Position numbers and translations under genes: made by a program. Below, one piece after another: positions 57,300 through 58,975 of a stretch of 58,975 bases of DNA; positions within the stretch are counted from its first letter, which is position 1, and the number at the start of each line of letters is the position of its first letter. Below the pieces are notes generated by a model. That model searched no databases, had not been told where the DNA came from, and saw only the letters and a list, made by a program, of their open reading frames with translations. Origin of the DNA: Patescibacteria group bacterium (lineage in GTDB: Bacteria; Patescibacteriota; JABMPQ01); contig JAHJQX010000043.1 in the NCBI GenBank assembly GCA_018818965.1, positions 1 to 58,975 on the forward strand, in the 5' to 3' direction.

Positions 57300-57342
57300 G
57301 GGGGTTGGGCAAAATTGTCTTCTACTCAAACTTAACCTCTAA

Positions 57343-58125
57343 TTAAAAGCTGTACGCATACATATCAACCAGCGAGCCCGTTGAACCATACAAGAAGCAA
57401 GTATCACCGTCATTATTCCAAATAGCTTGGCTGCTATTAAAGGAAAGATCGCCCGTGTTGGTAAATATCCTGACAAAGCCGCCCGGCTGAATAGTGTATC
57501 CGCCCGGAAATTCGAATTCATGCCCGTCGCCATCTTCTATTGTCCACTGGCCAACATCCTGCACCATCCGGCCATTATTAACCAACTGGACAAATTCATC
57601 AGGCTCGGCTGAGCCAGTGCCATCATAATGAACACCAGAGATCGATACATTGGGGGTAATATTCATCACGTTACTATCAGTTGCCCCCAGGCCAGTATTA
57701 CGCATAACCTGAAAGGCAGTCGCTGGACGATCAAGATAATAGCCCCACAAATCCCCTGGGTATATATACCAAGCTTCGCCGTTACGTTGAACATCAAGTA
57801 ATATTTCCCCGGAATGCATATTGGCAAATAAAAGATCACTATCGTTATGTAGATTGGAGGGAATTCTCTCAATATCAGCGTGAGTAGCTCCCAAACCTAA
57901 TAAGCGCATGATATTGAAGGCATCTGTGGGACGAGCCAGGTAATAACGTAAACTATCAGTCGGATCTATATACCAAGCTTCGCCATGACTCTCTACTTGT
58001 AAGAGTATGTATCCCTTGAGATGTTCGGAAGCTGGACCAGAAGCTTTGGTTTGACTGGGCAAGCCGAAAGCAAAGACGGTTAGGACCACTAATCCGGCTA
58101 GCATCAGGAGAAGTGATTTTTTCAT
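57343..58125 (-). CDS. Secreted lamin-tail-domain protein with two ILL.V...GEAWY repeats
   Basis: Signal peptide from ATG 58125; EFVQL.N...W.I.D...FP...IWNNDGD LTD motif. Confidence 0.8.
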   Translation of the reverse strand: MKKSLLLMLAGLVVLTVFAFGLPSQTKASGPASEHLKGYILLQVESHGEAWYIDPTDSLRYYLARPTDAFNIMRLLGLGATHADIERIPSNLHNDSDLLFANMHSGEILLDVQRNGEAWYIYPGDLWGYYLDRPATAFQVMRNTGLGATDSNVMNITPNVSISGVHYDGTGSAEPDEFVQLVNNGRMVQDVGQWTIEDGDGHEFEFPGGYTIQPGGFVRIFTNTGDLSFNSSQAIWNNDGDTCFLYGSTGSLVDMYAYSF

Positions 58126-58413
58126 TTGTTTTGTTATTTGTTTATATTCACCTTCATTATAAAACAAAATACGCGTTTTGCGTATTGTTTATCCACACGT
58201 CAAATTGGCTGGCATCCTCGGTCTAGAACCAGATTATATCTGGCATTGTAGGGCTTCTCTGGGACTTTTGCGATCCTCTATGCCGAGGCACCTCGGTCGG
58301 GGGTTAAATGGCACAAATGGGACAGTATATGGGTATTATTTACTATTTTATCATATCTTGAGATTAATTTTACAAAGCCATCTGTTTTTAGACCTGCATT
58401 TAGGCTTACGTAA

Positions 58414-58441
58414 TTGACAACTTTAGCCTATTTATTATATT
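58414..58441 (+). promoter_or_regulatory. sigma70-type promoter
   Basis: TTGACA-16 nt-TATATT. Confidence 0.5.
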
Positions 58442-58488
58442 GTTGTTATTAAGAAAGTTGTTCTTTACAACCGAAGGAGGAGTAGATC

Positions 58489-58896
58489 ATGGACGGAATC
58501 AGCGCTGTTCAAAGACTGGTTGGTATAATTCATCGTCTGCATGATGGAACGATCAACTTCAACGAAGCCAAGGGGCAAGCCTATAAAGTATTTCGGGACG
58601 TAGAAACCGTTTTGGATGAAAGTATGTTTAATCTGGCTTTCCCTGTCTTGGTCGAATACTTTTTTGACCCGGCGAAAAAAGTCAGAGCGATTCTGCAAAG
58701 AAAGGAAATCTCAAGAGACGACTTGTTGGCCGGACATCGTTTCGTGAGAAAATCAGAACTTACAAAGATGATGTTTTTGAGTAACCGATACCCAAGGTCT
58801 TTGCTTGTTAAGTCCGCCGCGAACCTGCTCGGTTTCATGCAGCAGAATCCGCTACCGTTCAGTTTTGGGTGCTTTTTTGAGGGAGATATTGGATAG
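58489..58896 (+). CDS. Hypothetical protein
   Basis: Strong AAGGAGG RBS; own promoter; no family recognised. Confidence 0.65.
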   Translation: MDGISAVQRLVGIIHRLHDGTINFNEAKGQAYKVFRDVETVLDESMFNLAFPVLVEYFFDPAKKVRAILQRKEISRDDLLAGHRFVRKSELTKMMFLSNRYPRSLLVKSAANLLGFMQQNPLPFSFGCFFEGDIG

Positions 58897-58975
58897 CTTA
58901 AGGTTTCTTTTTAATGTCTTCTCTAGTGAGGTTTTGCCATTTAAGTGTTTAAATCTCTGGCAGCAATCAGTAAAG

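Overview
Bacterial chromosomal segment (standard genetic code), nearly all genes on the minus strand, usually with AT-rich leaders lacking a Shine-Dalgarno sequence. Gene content suggests a Patescibacteria/CPR (Parcubacteria-like) genome; this is inference. Main blocks: (1) secD (partial) and an FG-GAP/L,D-transpeptidase. (2) A group 3b-like [NiFe]-hydrogenase (sulfhydrogenase) operon with a reduced maturation set, split between its small and large subunits by an ~8.5 kb co-oriented run of accessory genes (type II R-M, HNH, KilA-N, Bro-N, AAC(6')-like and others). (3) DsbA, a Gld-like ABC system, a presenilin-type protease, NnrD and a phosphoesterase. (4) The most striking block: eight tandem, tightly coupled, divergent paralogs, each with a ~330-400 aa helical domain plus a C-terminal phospho-His swivel domain but no ATP-grasp or PEP-binding domain, followed by an atypical carbamoyltransferase. 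(5) A tRNA cluster with full-length Gly(CCC) and Thr(CGT) genes mixed with interleaved tRNA fragments, including a T-arm split by an HD-hydrolase gene. (6) prsA, divIC, lepA, two secreted fibre-like paralogs with an orphan C-terminal remnant, and GIY-YIG, HAD and lamin-tail genes. Several families of intergenic hairpins fold better on the + (antisense) strand. No CRISPR array, rRNA, integrase or transposase was recognised.
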